From contig CM022674.1 of NCBI GenBank assembly GCA_012295275.1, positions 4,402,001 through 4,466,000 of the forward strand: a stretch of 64,000 bases of DNA, in the 5' to 3' direction. The notes beneath the pieces are model-generated. The model worked only from the letters and a program-made list of their open reading frames with translations. It did not search any database and was not told the DNA's origin. A program made the translations under genes and the position numbers. This document shows, piece by piece, positions 1 through 16,281 of this stretch. How positions within the stretch are numbered: position 1 is the stretch's first letter; each line of letters opens with the position of its first letter. The stretch comes from Chrysomallon squamiferum (taxonomy: Eukaryota; Animalia; Mollusca).

Positions 1-850
1 TAACATGATAATATATATAAATACTGTACACTTCAATAAGTAAAAATCTTTCATTTTCAACACAATCAAATGAAAGTTGCTGATAATTACATTGAACTAT
101 AAGCGTGCTATCAGCAATTTAGAATAATCAAATAAATATTGTTTAAAAGAAGCAACAGAAATCACAAGTTGTTTTATAAATATGGACATCGTCCAGTGAA
201 ATCATTATTTTAGATTTAAGAATGACAACGTGGTTCAGGAAATAACTATCTGTTCAGAAATCGTTAATGAATGGCAAGCAAGAAGACAGAGACCAGTAAA
301 CTCACAACGTATATTAACTCAAATGTTATTTTGGTCTTATTATAAAAGTTCTATAACATTTGATGGAAACATAAAGGTTTAATGGTTTCGGAATGAAGAG
401 CTATTTTCATTCAACTTCGTTCACCATGACGCTCTATCGGAATGACAGCGACTGGGTTCAGAAGTTCAAAACCTACCTTAACAGATATACAATTGAATGA
501 AATTTCTTCAGTTTCTAGTGGAAATGATAAATTAATTCAAACCATAGACTGATTGATGTGTTTTGATCGGTTGAACATGAGCAAACATTTTATAATCGAA
601 GGAATCACACAAAGAATGACGTAAGCAAACTTCTGGTTAGTAACAATACCTATAATAATAAGGTAAAGACGTACCTGTTGTGTTGAGTTGTGCTGTTTTA
701 CTTTCTTTTTCTACTGTATCTGAATAACAATAACTGAAATAATAGATCATCCAATTATTAATGTTGATGTTTCTAAATAATATTTTACAAGATAATTTTT
801 TGTAAAAGGTGATCGTGCCTGTCCTACTTGCAAAGCGTAAAAGTTTAGTC

Positions 851-868
851 GAAAACGAAACAGGAAGT
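851..868. promoter_or_regulatory. IRF-E/ETS composite motif GAAAACGAAACAGGAAGT (5' end of a CARD copy lying left of the window)
   Basis: GAAANNGAAA followed by GGAAGT; conserved at the same position in all four units. Confidence 0.45.
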
Positions 869-1431
869 TCATAATAATTATTATTATTTTTATTGTAATT
901 ATTATTTTTTTTATTATTATTATTCTGTTTTATTTTATTTTATTTTATTTATTTATTTATTTTTTCTTTTTGCCTTTCTTTTCAAAATTTATCGGAAAAA
1001 TAAATAATAATTTAATAGTCGGACGAAAGATCACGGATTTTAACGATTTTATCCGAACATATAAGAAACTACCTTTTCCGTTTTCTTTTTTATTTGTGTT
1101 TTAATTTTTTTAAAATCTTTTTAATTTTTTTTTTTTTTTTGTTTAATTGTTCATTCCTTTATGGGACAAGAGCGAAGCGTTACTACCGATGTTTATACTA
1201 TTTATTATTATTATTGTTGTAGTTGTTGTTGTTGATTTTGTTGATGTGTTGTTGTTACTAGTGTTTCCATTATTTATCTGTTGATATTGTTATCGTTATC
1301 AGTGATGGTATTATTGTTATTGTTGTTGTTAGGCACTGTTTACATGTCTTTTGTCAGACATAACGGCGTTCGGAATAATTTTACAATTTCATTACTCTTG
1401 CTGTTACTATTATTTATATTTCTCTTACTAC

Positions 1432-1467
<36 letters not shown>

Positions 1468-1612
1468 TATTAATATCAATAATACTAATACTGTTTTACA
1501 GCTACTGATATTACAATTATTGCAGCTAATGTTACTCTCACTTTATTATTAAAGTAACGATAAAAGAGCTTTGTAAGACCACTGCTTGCAGTATAAACGG
1601 GGTGGGGGTAAA

Positions 1613-1650
<38 letters not shown>

Positions 1651-1813
1651 TATTATTATAATTTTAATAATGGTACAAAACAGTCATTCGAAAAAAAACA
1701 AATTAATTAAACATAAATAGTGAATAAATAGTGAATAAATACTATTACGAAGTAAAATAATAACAATAAAAGCGACAAAAAAAAAAAAAAAAAACACGTT
1801 GTAATAATGACAA

Positions 1814-1852
<39 letters not shown>

Positions 1853-2779
1853 ACAAAATGATTAACGCTTTGGTTTTCTGATGTACTGCAAATTTCATTC
1901 TACTGTCTACTAAAAATAATTTTCAAAATCTGTCATCCGAGTTCCGTAAGCATTTCTCAGGCGAAAACCTAATTACTAAACAAAGACATTATCATTTGAA
2001 CCATGTCCAGTTAGGTCAAGCTAGCGGTGAATGTGAATGACCTGTTTTGAACAGGCGTTGCTGCCTCGTTTCCGTTAACCAATCGGATGAATTGTTGTTC
2101 TCAAGCGATGTCCATTAATTGGTGTTGATTGGCAAGCAGACCATAACAGATTAAATTTTGAGCTTATAAGGAGAAACATTTGAACTCTAACCCATGCTTT
2201 TGTTTATCGAGTATAATCAGTAAGTATATCAGTGTTCATTGGTTAGCGCACGTGATAGATTTATTCCGACTACTGATCACCAGCGAGAAGAGATCAGTCT
2301 AGTTTCATTCAAAAAGCAAGACAAGTGTTTAGATTTCGCTCGTGTGAAACTGATCGTACTGATAACGTCTCTCTCTCTAGTTGAATTATTTTCTCTTGCT
2401 GGACGTAGATTTATTAACATTTCATTTCTAGTAAATATTTTCACTGACCGCAACCGTTTAAACATAATTTGGCATCTGGTTATAATTTAATGCCAAAAGT
2501 TTTACTAGTTACCCTAGATGCCTTTGAGTAATACATTCCTGTGAGCAAAGAGGTATGTCTTTCTTATTTACATACTATACAGCCGACTGTGGACAGTATA
2601 GTGTGATGCAGAGATTCAATCCAGGATTTTACATGATTTTATTTATTGAATAATAAATAATACACCCTGAGTGTAGTACGAAATAGATTTTATAAATATT
2701 TATTTTCATTTTTTTCAGATTTACAGAACTATGACATACTTGTTTTTAGTGTAGGCCTAATTGTTTTGGTACAGATTAC

Positions 2780-2848
<69 letters not shown>

Positions 2849-2953
2849 CATTATTATTATTAGTTTTATTATTTATTTATTTATTTATTTATAAATATTC
2901 CCCTTAATTTTTTGACATATTTATCTGAATATATCTTGCTTTTCTTAACTCAG

Positions 2954-3461
2954 AAATGAGTCAACACCTTCAGAAACTGTTTCTACATGGGGAGAAGCTG
3001 GTATTCTTGCTCTGCTGGTATTCTCCAGAGGTAACTGTTTTCACAACAAGTTTCGTTATAAACTACAGCTTATTTCCTGGAGTTATTACTTCATGTGTTA
3101 TAGATAAGAGGATCAATCAAACCTTAACAGTTAGCACCACAGTTTGACACACCAGTGGCCCTTGAATGAAAGTACTTATAAAATCTACCTGACTGTTCCT
3201 GTATACTATCAGTGTTATCTGTTGAGTCTTGTTTGGCACATATTTAAGATATCTTTATACATTTTTATTATTTATTGTTCTCCTTCCAGAGTCATGATTA
3301 TCATTTTACAAAGATAATTTTAAATTAACGTTTAATCCTTTCTTCTTTTTCCTTGTTTTTCCTATATTACTTCATAATTTTGATACATAATTTATTATTA
3401 TTATTATTGCTTAACATTATTATTTTTGTTTATTTATTTATTTATTTATTTATTTATTTGT

Positions 3462-3516
<55 letters not shown>

Positions 3517-5095
3517 TTTGTTTATTTATTTATTTCTTAGTAATAATTATTAATTAAAAACAGATTACAGGTGAGGCTGTATAGTGATGGGAAGTTACTG
3601 ATACCTGACAAAACAAACCTCGAGATTGTCGATGACTGGCCTCTTCATACCACACACAAAGTTCACTTCACCAAGCTTGTTGTTGGTGCATGCTGGCAAG
3701 GTAATTAAATTTATCACTCATGTTTTCATCCTCAGATCATGTTGTTTAATGACTAAGAATAAATATTTACTTTTGTTCTTTTTATCATTATTTGCTTGCT
3801 TTCTCTCTTTCTTTCTTGCTTTCTTTCTTTCTTTTTTAAACTGCTCACCTGACAAACCTTTGAGGTTTTACTTTGCATCTTTCTCCTGCTGCTTCTGTTT
3901 TCATTTTAAAAGCTGATGCTTTCTTACAATTACCAAGAAAATAAAATAAATAGATGTGGATAGAATTGTGACCATGCTTTCCTTGGCTCACTCTCTCACT
4001 CTCTCTCTTAATTATTACAAAGACAAGTTAATCTTTTGTCCCAATTTGAATTTCTTTTTTTTTTTCCTTTTTTTTAAAGTTATTTCTGTATTAAACATGA
4101 CACTTCTCATTACTATGAATTTTCCTTATATTTATTTATTTATTAAATTAGGTGGAGAGCAGAAATTTGAGCATGCCTTCCATGGTCATCATGGTGGTTT
4201 GTCTGCTCAAAGACAAGACAGAAAGCAACCGTGTCATCAAGTGTCTGAACAACTGCAAGGAAAATCTTGATTTCCATGCTCTCAGTGCTATGGAGAGTGG
4301 GACAGTCACACTTGTCACAAGTTTCTGTCTGCATTAGTGATTATTAGTAATGTCACAGCTTGTTTTCTTTTTTTCATTCTTTTTATAACTTTCAGAAACA
4401 AAGTTAAGGAGAAGTTTTATTTAACTAATACTCATATTATGTTATTAAGTTATTCTCAAAATTTGATGCTTAATTACACATAGTAAATTTTATTTTATTT
4501 TCATTTTGAAATTTAAAAAGTTAAAGAATTTAAAAATTGTTTTGAGGAGACATTTGGAAAACTTCATTGATGTTCAGAAAGATGAATTGAGTTTGTAGAG
4601 AAATATGATTATTAATAAACATGAATCTGAAATATTCATCAATGTGGAAAGCAGGCACTTTGCAATTCAGTCTGCATTTCACTATTATAGACAAAGCAGA
4701 GCATTATCTGAAAATCTGTTTCCATATAACATTATATATACAATTAGTAGAAGAGTATTTGAATTATTATGTGGGATTTTTTTTTTAATACTTTTGTCAA
4801 AAATATTCTGTATTTATTCAGTATTGTTCAAACATTTTTTTATTTGTTTCTTTTCTAAGTCCAGTATTAACTAATATCAAAACCTAAAGATAAGCATATG
4901 TCTGGGCACATGTTTTCCCCACAGAATCAACAGAAGCCAAGTTCAGTCTGAAGGACAAATTCTTGCTGGATACATGTACTATCAAGGCTAACCCTAAACT
5001 CAATCTGTTTTATGAGCACCTATCACTGCCCACCCATCTGATGGAAAACCAGGGACTTGAGTGGAGTGAAACCAATGATGGAGTAACCATTACAA
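2954..5095 (+). pseudogene. CLSTN: Calsyntenin gene fragment, type A (exon remnants 2954-3030, 3571-3700, 4152-4304, 4925-5095)
   Basis: Exons translate to VRLYSDGKLLIPDKTNLEIVDDWPLHTTHKVHFTKLVVGACWQG, GEQKFEHAFHG..GLS/LLKDKTESNRVIKCLNNCKENLDF (frameshifted) and FLLDTCTIKANPKLNLFYEHLSLP. These match calsyntenin LamG-region motifs (DxPLH...LVVGACWQ; VIdCL..CKEgLD). Exons are missing and there is no cadherin or TM part. Confidence 0.85.
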
Positions 5096-8000
5096 GTAAA
5101 TGATCCAACTCTTACTTTGACTTTTTCTTATTACTTTAACTATTTAAACCATTACACATATATGTTCTTATTCTTTTACTCAGTAAGCCTGATAACAGTA
5201 ATTATTCCGATATACATGTTTTAATCACATTTCTTGTGAACTTTATCATTCTCTGTATTTATAGTACCAATTTTTATGTTAGTTTTTTTTTTTTTTTTAA
5301 ATATTTCTGAACACTTGCCAGCAACATCTTCAGGTTGTGACATAAACTAAAATACAAAATATTTATTTGTCTCAGTTAGGGAGAAAGATTAAACTGCCTC
5401 TTGGTAATCTGAGCAAATATTTAGTCTGCTGATTTCAGAAAATGGAAAATAAACAATAATATTCTATTCTTAATCACTAAGATACCAAAATGAAATAATG
5501 AAAACAAAATTGTGTAAATGAGGATTAACTTTTTCACTAGTTCTTAATAAAATAAAAATAATAACTAGCTGAACATTAAATTGTGGAATCTGTTAATAAA
5601 TATATTATGATTTCTATTTACAACATGAAACTTTTAAATTCAGTTAAGTCAAATTAAGAACAGAAAAATATAGAAATACAAATTATATATATTACAGTAA
5701 AATCAATAGACCAACTAGAAAATCAGTATACAACATCTTAATGTGACATAAATATACCGATTAAAATTATAAAATGTGACATAAATATACCTATTAAAAT
5801 TTAAAATTTGGCTTTTATAAGTGAAAATCATGGTGCTCTTTACAAATGAACAAACCAAATGTATATCAAAAACTAAACTCATGCTGTCTGCTTCATGCCG
5901 GGCCAGTTTAGAAGTGATAATAAACAGTTTGTCATTGCCAAGTTTCCTTTGAAAATGTGCCAAAACAAAGATCTTTAGAGATATATTAAAAAACAATTGT
6001 ATCCCAAATGTAAATTAAATGACACTGAGAACTCAGATAAAATGTATGTTGTTTTCTTTTTATATACATGACTGTAAACTTATTTGGGTATTTTCTATAA
6101 CTTGTTTTAGTCTTTTGCATCATTTCCATTGAAAATGTATTGGTTTATTTTTAATGTTTATGAATTTTCAAAAGAATGTGTTGAATTTGTATTTTATTAA
6201 ATAAATATGGCATATTTTAGAAATAGAAAATAACCTGTCATAATATTCAGATTAAAATTTAATAAATAAAAAAAATTGTTATCAGACTAATTTCATTTTT
6301 GAGAAAAAAAAACAGAAAAACACAAAGGAAGTACATTGGTTCCGTTTGATATTTAAAACAGAACTCTGGACAAATATGATTTGCTTATCAATTTAATCAC
6401 TTTTTTATTTCACAGTATTTTCAGCAACTGTATTGAAATTACAAGAAATTTAAAACTGATTGCAAACATCCCAAAGACATGATGAATATTCATACAACTT
6501 GGCAATGATGTTGTTATTCTGTTTCATTTGGAGAACTAAAACTACCTCCAATTTGTTTTTTCTTTTAACAAATCTCAAGTATTTATTACCTTCCTTATTT
6601 TATTTATTTGAATGAGATTTAATATTTGATTTTACCAGTATTAATTAGTATTTTGCTTGTCAATACATTTAGGGGTTTTTTTAGGTGTTTTTTTTTTTTT
6701 TTTCTTATTATTTTTTTATTAGTCAGTTTTAATCTATTACTTTATTTAATTTTTTTCTGAATACTTTTTAACAAGCCTGTTAAATCACTTTTCCTTGACA
6801 AATAATAACAGTAAATAAATTAAAAAATACAAATAAGGCAGTAGTTTTATGATTACATTACCATCATGAAAAGTAGATATTTTATACAAGCTAGATATTA
6901 GAACAAGAACCCACTGAAAAATCAGTTTTTAACAATAGCTTTTATTGTTGTTATTTACAGTTTTGGTAGTTGTTTTTTTTGTTGATATTATCACTTCTCT
7001 TCTGGCCCGTGTTGTAAAGTGTGTGTTGTGTCACAGGAAGGAAATTATAAGTCTGTTGTATATATTGTCTTCCTGTCAATAAAGCTTACCACACTAATAT
7101 TGTGTTTTTGTTGTTCTTCCTGCTGCTGCTATTTCTTAAAGTTGTGCATGCCCGATAAGATTTTAGCATTTAAACAGATTTGAATGATCATGATAAATTT
7201 TTAAAGGTTTTGTACTCAGCTGAATAATCAACGATTAGATATTGCTAATTCAAGTATATCTTTGAAAGTGGGGATTGTTCTTTTTTTATCCTTGATATTG
7301 TTCATGACAATTATTTTGAAAGAAGATACGATAGTTACCTCCCTGATCAATTCTAAAATTCTTAGTTTTATATGAATTTTTACAATAAATTGTAAAGTAT
7401 TAATATTTTAATATTTAATTAAATAAATCATTAAAAGAAAAGAGAATTAAATTTTCTTGTGATTAATTGTAATTTCGTTTGGCTTGATCGACGTGTCACA
7501 GTATTCATTTTCGGGTTAATTTCTGACTAACTGAATTATTGTGTCTTTACTGAAATAAAAAAAAAAAAAATTATTATTATTATTAATATATTGGCATTTC
7601 CTGAAAGTGCGTATTGAGAGCTGTTCTCAATGACAAACTCATATTTACGTAAAACATTTTTATTGGATACAAAAATGTCAAATTTAATAATAATTAAAAA
7701 CAAAAATAGTGGCATGTCCATGAGTAGTCAGTGTTTAGCAGCCTTTTCATTATTGAGTAATACTGAGTTTTCATTCTCCTCCTTTGCACTTTCCTTCTGA
7801 AAATAAATAAATAAAGTAACATAAGTAAATCATTAGTAGGATTAAATGAAGGTAATGAATTAAAACAACGCTTCTGATTATATCAGGATCTCGAATAGTG
7901 GTATAAATGTACATGTATGGAGACCAACAAGCAGAAAAATACAATGCGAAGACGACAGATAGCCAGTTAAGAGATAATCATGAGACGGTCAACTAAAAAT

Positions 8001-8175
8001 ACAGACAGAGGGATGGCTAATGAAATAGAAATAAATAAATGCAAAAACACATTGATCGAATGAAAGATAGAGACACAGAAAGACAGACGAAGCTACATGG
8101 AGATAAAAAGGAGATAATGAGATGTGCCAATAAGACAGTTTAAGTACACACAACTGATAGTGAAACCTACCAATC

Positions 8176-9258
<1,083 letters not shown>

Positions 9259-11637
9259 TTCCTGAACAAAAATTAATTACAACAATAATCATCAAATCTT
9301 AACAAGAATTGTACTTTATGCAGTTTCAGTTGAGATTTATTTTATGTTGGTTTTTCGAATACGATGCATATCATTTAGTGTGCATACCATCAAAAAACAT
9401 GCAAAACGAAAGAAAAACACGCATTAAAAGACTGAAAGTAAATAATTAATTATGCAGAGATCCTAAAAATAGAGCATATTTCAGCAATTCAGCAAGGATA
9501 TATAATTATTTTATAATCTGAATAGCCAATAACTGAACATGTAAAAATATAGGTGGCTTATACCAGGAATTGTTATTATTATTATTATTATTATCATTAT
9601 TATTATTATTTAAATACCCCAATTTACATCATTTTGGCCTACGTCGAACTTGCCTTTGGGCAATTTTCTCTAAACTAAATTTCAGATCAGCGAACGTCAT
9701 TGTGTCAACCACTATCTCCGCACGTTACATCATAAAAAGAAGGAAAAATAAAAGTTCATTTAAAACAAGTAAAATCCATAAAATTATTCAATTCCTTAAT
9801 GATAGTTTTAGTCCCGCAGACAAACGCCATATTTGTGCTACACCTCGTTTTGGAGTCTTAAAGTTTTGCTTAGTGTTGATTATAAAATTTTAAGACATAT
9901 TTACTGAGAAAATGCAGAGTGACATCTTTTCACCTTGACCTTAATGTGGCCATCACTGAATCGGAAAAATCTATTTGCCTCTTACCTTAATGTCTTGTTA
10001 AGATAGAAACATAAAGTAAAAGTATTTTAATGTGTTTTCAGTCATATCATATCGAATGCAGATATGAATGTTTCCTAAGTAAAACGCAAATAATAATCAT
10101 AATAATAATAAAAATCAAGATGGCCACCAGATGTCATTCATTGCAGAAAATGCACTTTCTCAGTGAGCTATAATTGTACAAACTTTTGGGGCATCTTGTC
10201 CATTTTTCAGGTGCTTTCTCTAGCAGTTCTATTTACATTTAATAAAATGAGCTATTATATTTCGTAGCATTTACAATGTGACCTTCGGCTTCTGAATATA
10301 ATACACATTCAACACCTGAAGATCTCTCAGCTGACTTCGATCCCAACATCAGTTTACAAAGAAACAGGAGACATTCAAAATGAAATATTTTCTTATTTAC
10401 GTATCAGTCACTGGCCTATGCCTAACATGATAATATATGTAAGTACAGTACTCTTTAATAACTAAATATTTTTGGTATACATATTAGTCACTTGTCTCTG
10501 CCTAACATGATGATGTATATAGCGTATTAAAGACACACAGTACTTTAATATAAATTAAAAACCGAATTACATTTTCTTCTGGAAAGAACAAAAGGAATAG
10601 GACGCGATGCCTTGTACATGTTAAAACTTTGTATGATGGATATTTTAAAAAGTGGAATTCATCTTCTGTCTACAGATAAGCATGCATCGGACCTTCTCTT
10701 TCTGATTTCAGACGACACACAGAATTTAAAAACAAAACTAAATCTCTACTGTAATCGTAAATTTCATAAGGAAACCGTCCAAAATGTCACAGTTTTAAAT
10801 ATGTAGTATATTTAAATCTATCAGGTCAAAGGACATAGATGGAAACATCACTTTTTTTTTTTTTTTTTTATTTTTGTTTAAAAAGTCGTCGAATTTATTT
10901 TATTTTATTTTATTTTGTTTTTCCTTTGTGGTGTTTTAGCCTTTATTTCACCTAATCTGTGTGATTTAGCAATGACAGCAAAAGAAAGTTGCTGATAATT
11001 ACATTGAACAATCAAGACAATCAAATGAAAGTTGCTGATAATTACATTGAACTATAAGCGTGCTATCAGCAATTCAGAATAATCAAATAAATATTGTTTA
11101 AAAGAAGCAACAGAAATCACAAGTTGTTTTATAAATATGGACATCGTCCAGTGAAATCATTATTTTAGATTTAAGAATGACAACGTGGTTCAGGAAAAAA
11201 CTATCTGTTCAGAAATCGTTAATGAATGGCAATCAAGAAGACAAAGACCAGTAAATTCACAATGTATATTAACTCAAATGTTATTTTGGTCTTATTATAA
11301 ATGTCCTATAAATTTGGTCGAAACATAAAGGTTTAATGGTTTCGGAATGAAGAGTTATTATTCATTGAACTACATTCGCCATTACGCTCTATCGGAATGA
11401 CAGCGACTCAGTTCACAATTTCAAAACCTAACTTAACAGATATACAATTCAGTGAAATTTCTTCAGTTTCTAGTGGAAATGTTATAGAGATTAATTAATT
11501 CAAACCATAGGCTGATTAATCTGTTTTAATCGGTTGAATGTGAGCAAACATTTTATAATTGAACGAATCACACAAAGAATGACGTAAGCAAAATTCTCGT
11601 TAGTAACAATACCTATAATAATCAGGTAAAGACATAC

Positions 11638-11816
11638 CCGTTGTGTCGAGTTGTGCTGTTTCACTTTCTTTTTCAACAATAACTGAAAAAATAGATCACC
11701 GCATTATTAATGTTGATGTTTGTAAATAATATTCTACAAGTTAATTTACTTTAAAAGCTGATCATACCTGTCTTACCTGCAAAGTGTAAAAGTTACCCGA
11801 AAACGAAACAGGAAGT
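11638..11816 (-). promoter_or_regulatory. Putative promoter and 5'UTR exons of CARD copy 1, with two IRF motifs and an ETS site
   Basis: GAAAACGAAACAGGAAGT at 11799-11816; minus-strand donor CAG|gtaaga near 11776; a second small exon about 11638-11682 (ttttcag|...|gtatgt) containing GAAAGTGAAAC (11658-11668). Confidence 0.5.
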
Positions 11817-12525
11817 TCATAATAGTTATTGTTATTTATTTTTTATTTTATTTTATTTTATTTTATTATGATTATTATTATTATTTTTTTTTTTTCAAAA
11901 TTCAACGGAAAAAATAAAATAGTAATTTAATAGTCGGACGAAAGATCACGGATTTTAACGATTTTATCCGAAGATATAAGAAACTACCTTCTCCGTTTTA
12001 TTATTATTATTATTATTTTTTTATAATTTTTTTTTTTTTTTTGTTGTTGTTTTGTTCATACCTTTATGGGATGACAGTGAGGCGTTACTACCGATGTTTA
12101 TATTATTTACTATTATTATTATTATTATTGCTGCTGTTGTTGTTCCTAGTGTTTCTATTATTTATATGTTGATATTGTTATCGTTATCGGTGATGTCGTT
12201 ATTGTTATTGTTGTTGTTAGTCGCTGTTCGTGCAGACTTTTACATATTTTGTCAGACATTACAAATTATTTTACAATTTCATTACTCTTGCTACTACTAT
12301 TATTTCTATTTCTGTTACTAACTGTTAATACTACTACTACTAGTACTACTATTACTGCTACTATTACTGTTACTATATTAATACCAATACTACTAACATT
12401 GTATTACAGCTACTGATATTACTATTACTGCAGCTAGTATTACTCTCACTTTATTAGTAAGGTTATGTTAAAATAGCTTTGTAAGACCATTGCTTGCAGT
12501 ATAAACGGGTTGTGGGAAAAGTAAC

Positions 12526-12557
<32 letters not shown>

Positions 12558-13348
12558 GGTACAAAACAGTCATTCGAAAAAATAAATAAATTAAAAATAA
12601 ATAAAATAAATAGTGAATTAAATATTACTACAAAGAAAAACAATAACAATAATAGCAACCAAAAACGCTGTAATAATAACAATAAATAAATAAATAAATA
12701 AAACAGATTAATTGTTTGGTTTTCTGATGTACTGCAAATTTCATTCTACTGTCTATTAAAAAACAATTTTCAAAATCTGTCATCCGAGTGCCGTAAGCAT
12801 TTCTCGGGCGAAAATCTAATTACGAGAGAAAGACATTATCACTTGAACCATGTCCAGTTAGGTAAACCTAGCGCTGAATGTGAATGACCTGTTTTGAACA
12901 GGCGTTGTTGCCTCGTTTCCGTTAACCAATCGGATGAACTGTTATTCTCAAGCGATGTCAATTAATTGGTGTTGATTGGCAAGCTGACCGTAACAGATGA
13001 AATTTTGAGGGAGCAAAGAGAAACATTTGAACTCTAACCCATGCTTTTGTTTGTCGAGTATATTCAGTAAGTATATCAGTGTTTATTGGTTAGCGCACGT
13101 GATAGATTTATTCCGACTACTGATCACCAGCGAGAAGACATCAGTCCAGTTTCATTCAAAAAGCAAGACAAGTGTTTAGATTTCGCTCGTGTGAAACTGA
13201 TCGTACTGATAACGTCTCTCTAGGTGTACAGCCGACTGTTGACAGTGTAGTGTGATGCAGTGATTCATTCCAGGATTTTACCTGATTTTATTTATTTAAT
13301 AATAAATAATACACCCTAGTGTGGGGCTAATTGTTACAGATTGCATAT

Positions 13349-13439
<91 letters not shown>

Positions 13440-13533
13440 CATCATCATCATCATGATCATCATTATTATTATTTATTTATTTATAAATATTCTCCTTAAT
13501 ATTTTTTCAGTTCACAAAACTGACATATTTATC

Positions 13534-13578
<45 letters not shown>

Positions 13579-13591
13579 TTTCTTAACTCAG

Positions 13592-13998
13592 AAATGAGTC
13601 AACATCAACACGAACTGTTTCTACAGGGAGAGAAGCTGGTATTCTTTCTCCACGGTGAAGCCAGAAAGGAAGACAACCCGAAGGTGTTCAGACTGGCTGA
13701 ATGGAGATGGCACATACACCAGGTGAACTTCAGAGCATTACAAGATTGGTGTTGAATCTCCAGATGTAATTGTTTTCATAGGAAATTTCCTAGAGTTGTT
13801 GCTTCACATGTTATAGATAAGAGGATCAAACCTTAGCACCACAACTTGACACACCAATGGCTATTGAATGAAAATCATTATCATTTCACAAAGATAATTT
13901 TTAATTAATGTTTAATCATTTTTTCTCTTTCCTTGTTTTTCCTAGATAGTTATAATTTCTTCTTCTTCTTCTTCTTCTACTGCTTCTTCTTCTTCTTC

Positions 13999-14057
<59 letters not shown>

Positions 14058-15600
14058 TTATTATTATTATTTATTAGTAATAATGAATAATCTACAACCA
14101 GATTACAGGTGAGGCTGTATAGTGATGGGAAGTTACTGATACCTGACAAAACAAACCTCGAGATTGTTGATGACTGGCCTCTTCATACCACACATAAAGT
14201 TCACTTCACCAAGCTTGTTGTTGGTGCATGCTGGCAAGGAAATTGATTTTATCACTCATGTTTTCTTCCTCGGATCATTTTGTTTCATGATTGGTATTAT
14301 TACTGCTCAATGTTCATTTGTTTTCTTATTATCAATAAGAAATTGGTTTGATTGCATTAATTAGTTTACTTTTTAATGACATTACTGCATATGGTGTATT
14401 TTGTAAATTTGAATAGGAATTTTCCTTTCCTTGGTTATCTCCCGTCTTTGTCCATCTCTCTCTGTCTGTCTCTTGAGATTCAGATCCTGAAATTGCTGTT
14501 CCATATAAAAGCAAGGACGAACTCTTTGTAACCTCAGAGGTTCTGTAGCTATCTTCTCGTTAAAAATGTTTGGGAAGGGATGATTTTATTTTAAAATAAC
14601 CAATAGATGCGCACCACAGAATCATTATGCTAAAATCTTGTCTTTTTGTATTTTCGCCTTTCAATTTTTTCTTCTTAAAAAAAGAGAAGATTTTATGTGT
14701 ATGTACTTTACATGACTTCTTACATATAGCTCAATTATACTCCATATTTTATTTTTACATTTTTTTTTTCTCCAGGGTGTGAGTTGACAGAATTCAGTAT
14801 TTCTGGCAAGGACATCAAAGAGATGGAGAATTTAATCAGTGAAGTCACCTACATCAATTCAAGAACTTACCCCACCCCAGGGAGAAGGAATCTTAAAATT
14901 ACACAACAGTCACATAAGCATAACGTTTTCATTGTTATTTGAAACAGATTAAACTCAATAAATTAACATAAATTTCTTTGAAGATATAGTCTATATTTAT
15001 TCAGTATTCTTCCAAGTTTTGTTTTTTTTTCATTTTTATTTATTTTTACATTTCTTAATATTTTTTTTAACATCTCGTATTAATTAATAACAAAACCTAA
15101 ATATAACAGTATGTCTAGACACTGCCACTATAATGTAATTGTCATGTTACTGAATACAGGGTAAACAAGTTCTGCTCTAAAAATTTATTTTTATGTTGTT
15201 AGAAAAATAAAGGAGATACTAGTAACAGGTGATTTCTTTTATTTACTCTATAAAAAGTTTTCAAAAAATAAAACTAAATAAATAAACAGATTGGAAATAG
15301 CCAATAAAATGTGTCTCAAAAGACGTTTTAATTATTGATTTTATTTTTCACTATTAGCGACTGTATAACTGTGCAGTTGACACTTACTTCAATATATATC
15401 CTCATTGTTTTTAATTTATTTTTCCCTACAGAATCAACAGAAACCAAGTTCAATCTGAAGGACAAATTCTTGCTGGATACATGTACTATCAAGGCTAACC
15501 CTAAACTGAATCTGTTTTATGAGCACCTCTCACTGCTCACCCATCTGATGGAAAACCAGGGACTTGAGTGGAGTGAAACCAATGATCGAGTAAACCATTA
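13592..15600 (+). pseudogene. CLSTN: Calsyntenin gene fragment, type B (13592-13722, 14109-14238, 14776-14913, 15432-15600)
   Basis: MSQHQHELFLQGEKLVFFLHGEARKEDNPKVFRLAEWRWHIHQ (compare calsyntenin MNRHHYSLY..CRLIFL.R....RPAEFHW) and EFSISGKDIKEMENLISEVTYINSRTYPTPGRRNLKIT (compare YLNSRQFPTPG.RRLKIT). Donors are mutated at 14239 (GA) and 14914 (AT). Confidence 0.85.
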
Positions 15601-15616
15601 AATATAGATGATCTTA

Positions 15617-15656
<40 letters not shown>

Positions 15657-16195
15657 TCTGAACCCTTCCCAGCAACATCTTCAGGTTGTGACATAAACTA
15701 AGTTACAAAATATTTATTTGTCTCAATTAGGGAGAAAGATTAAACTGCCTCTTGGTAATCTGAGCAAATATTTAGTCTGCTGATTTCAGAAAATGGAAAA
15801 TGAACAATAATATTCATTTTTTAATCACTAACATAACAAATAAAAAATAATAAAAAAAAAAAAATTGTGTATATGAAGATTAACTTGTTCACTAGTTCTT
15901 AATAAAATAAAATAATAACTAGCTGAACATTAAATTGTGAAATGTGTTAATAAATATATTATGATTTTTTCTAACAACATGAAGCTTTTAAATTCAGTTA
16001 AGTGAAATTAAGAACTAAAAAATATAGAAAACTAAAACATTAAGAATAAAAATTATAAAATGTGGCATAAATATACCTAATAAAATAAGTTAAAATCGTG
16101 TTGCTCTTTGCAAATGAACAAACCAAATGTATATCAAAATCTAAACTCATGCTCTCTGCTTCATGCCGGGCCAGTTTAGAAGTGATAATAAACAG

Positions 16196-16249
16196 TTTGT
16201 CATTGCCAAGTTTCCTTTGAAAATGTGCCAAAACAAAGACTTTTTAGCG

Positions 16250-16281
<32 letters not shown>

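Noticed and set aside
5715-5996. ORF 'LAHFQRKLGNDKLFIITSKLARHE' repeated in three units
   Set aside because: Recurrence reflects the duplication; starts and stops differ, and there is no recognisable domain or splice support.
7729-7796. Last CARD exon as coding (KESAKEENENSVLLNNEKAAKH)
   Set aside because: The stop codon lies in the previous exon at a homologous position in all three copies, and copy 2 has a deletion in this frame; treated as 3'UTR.
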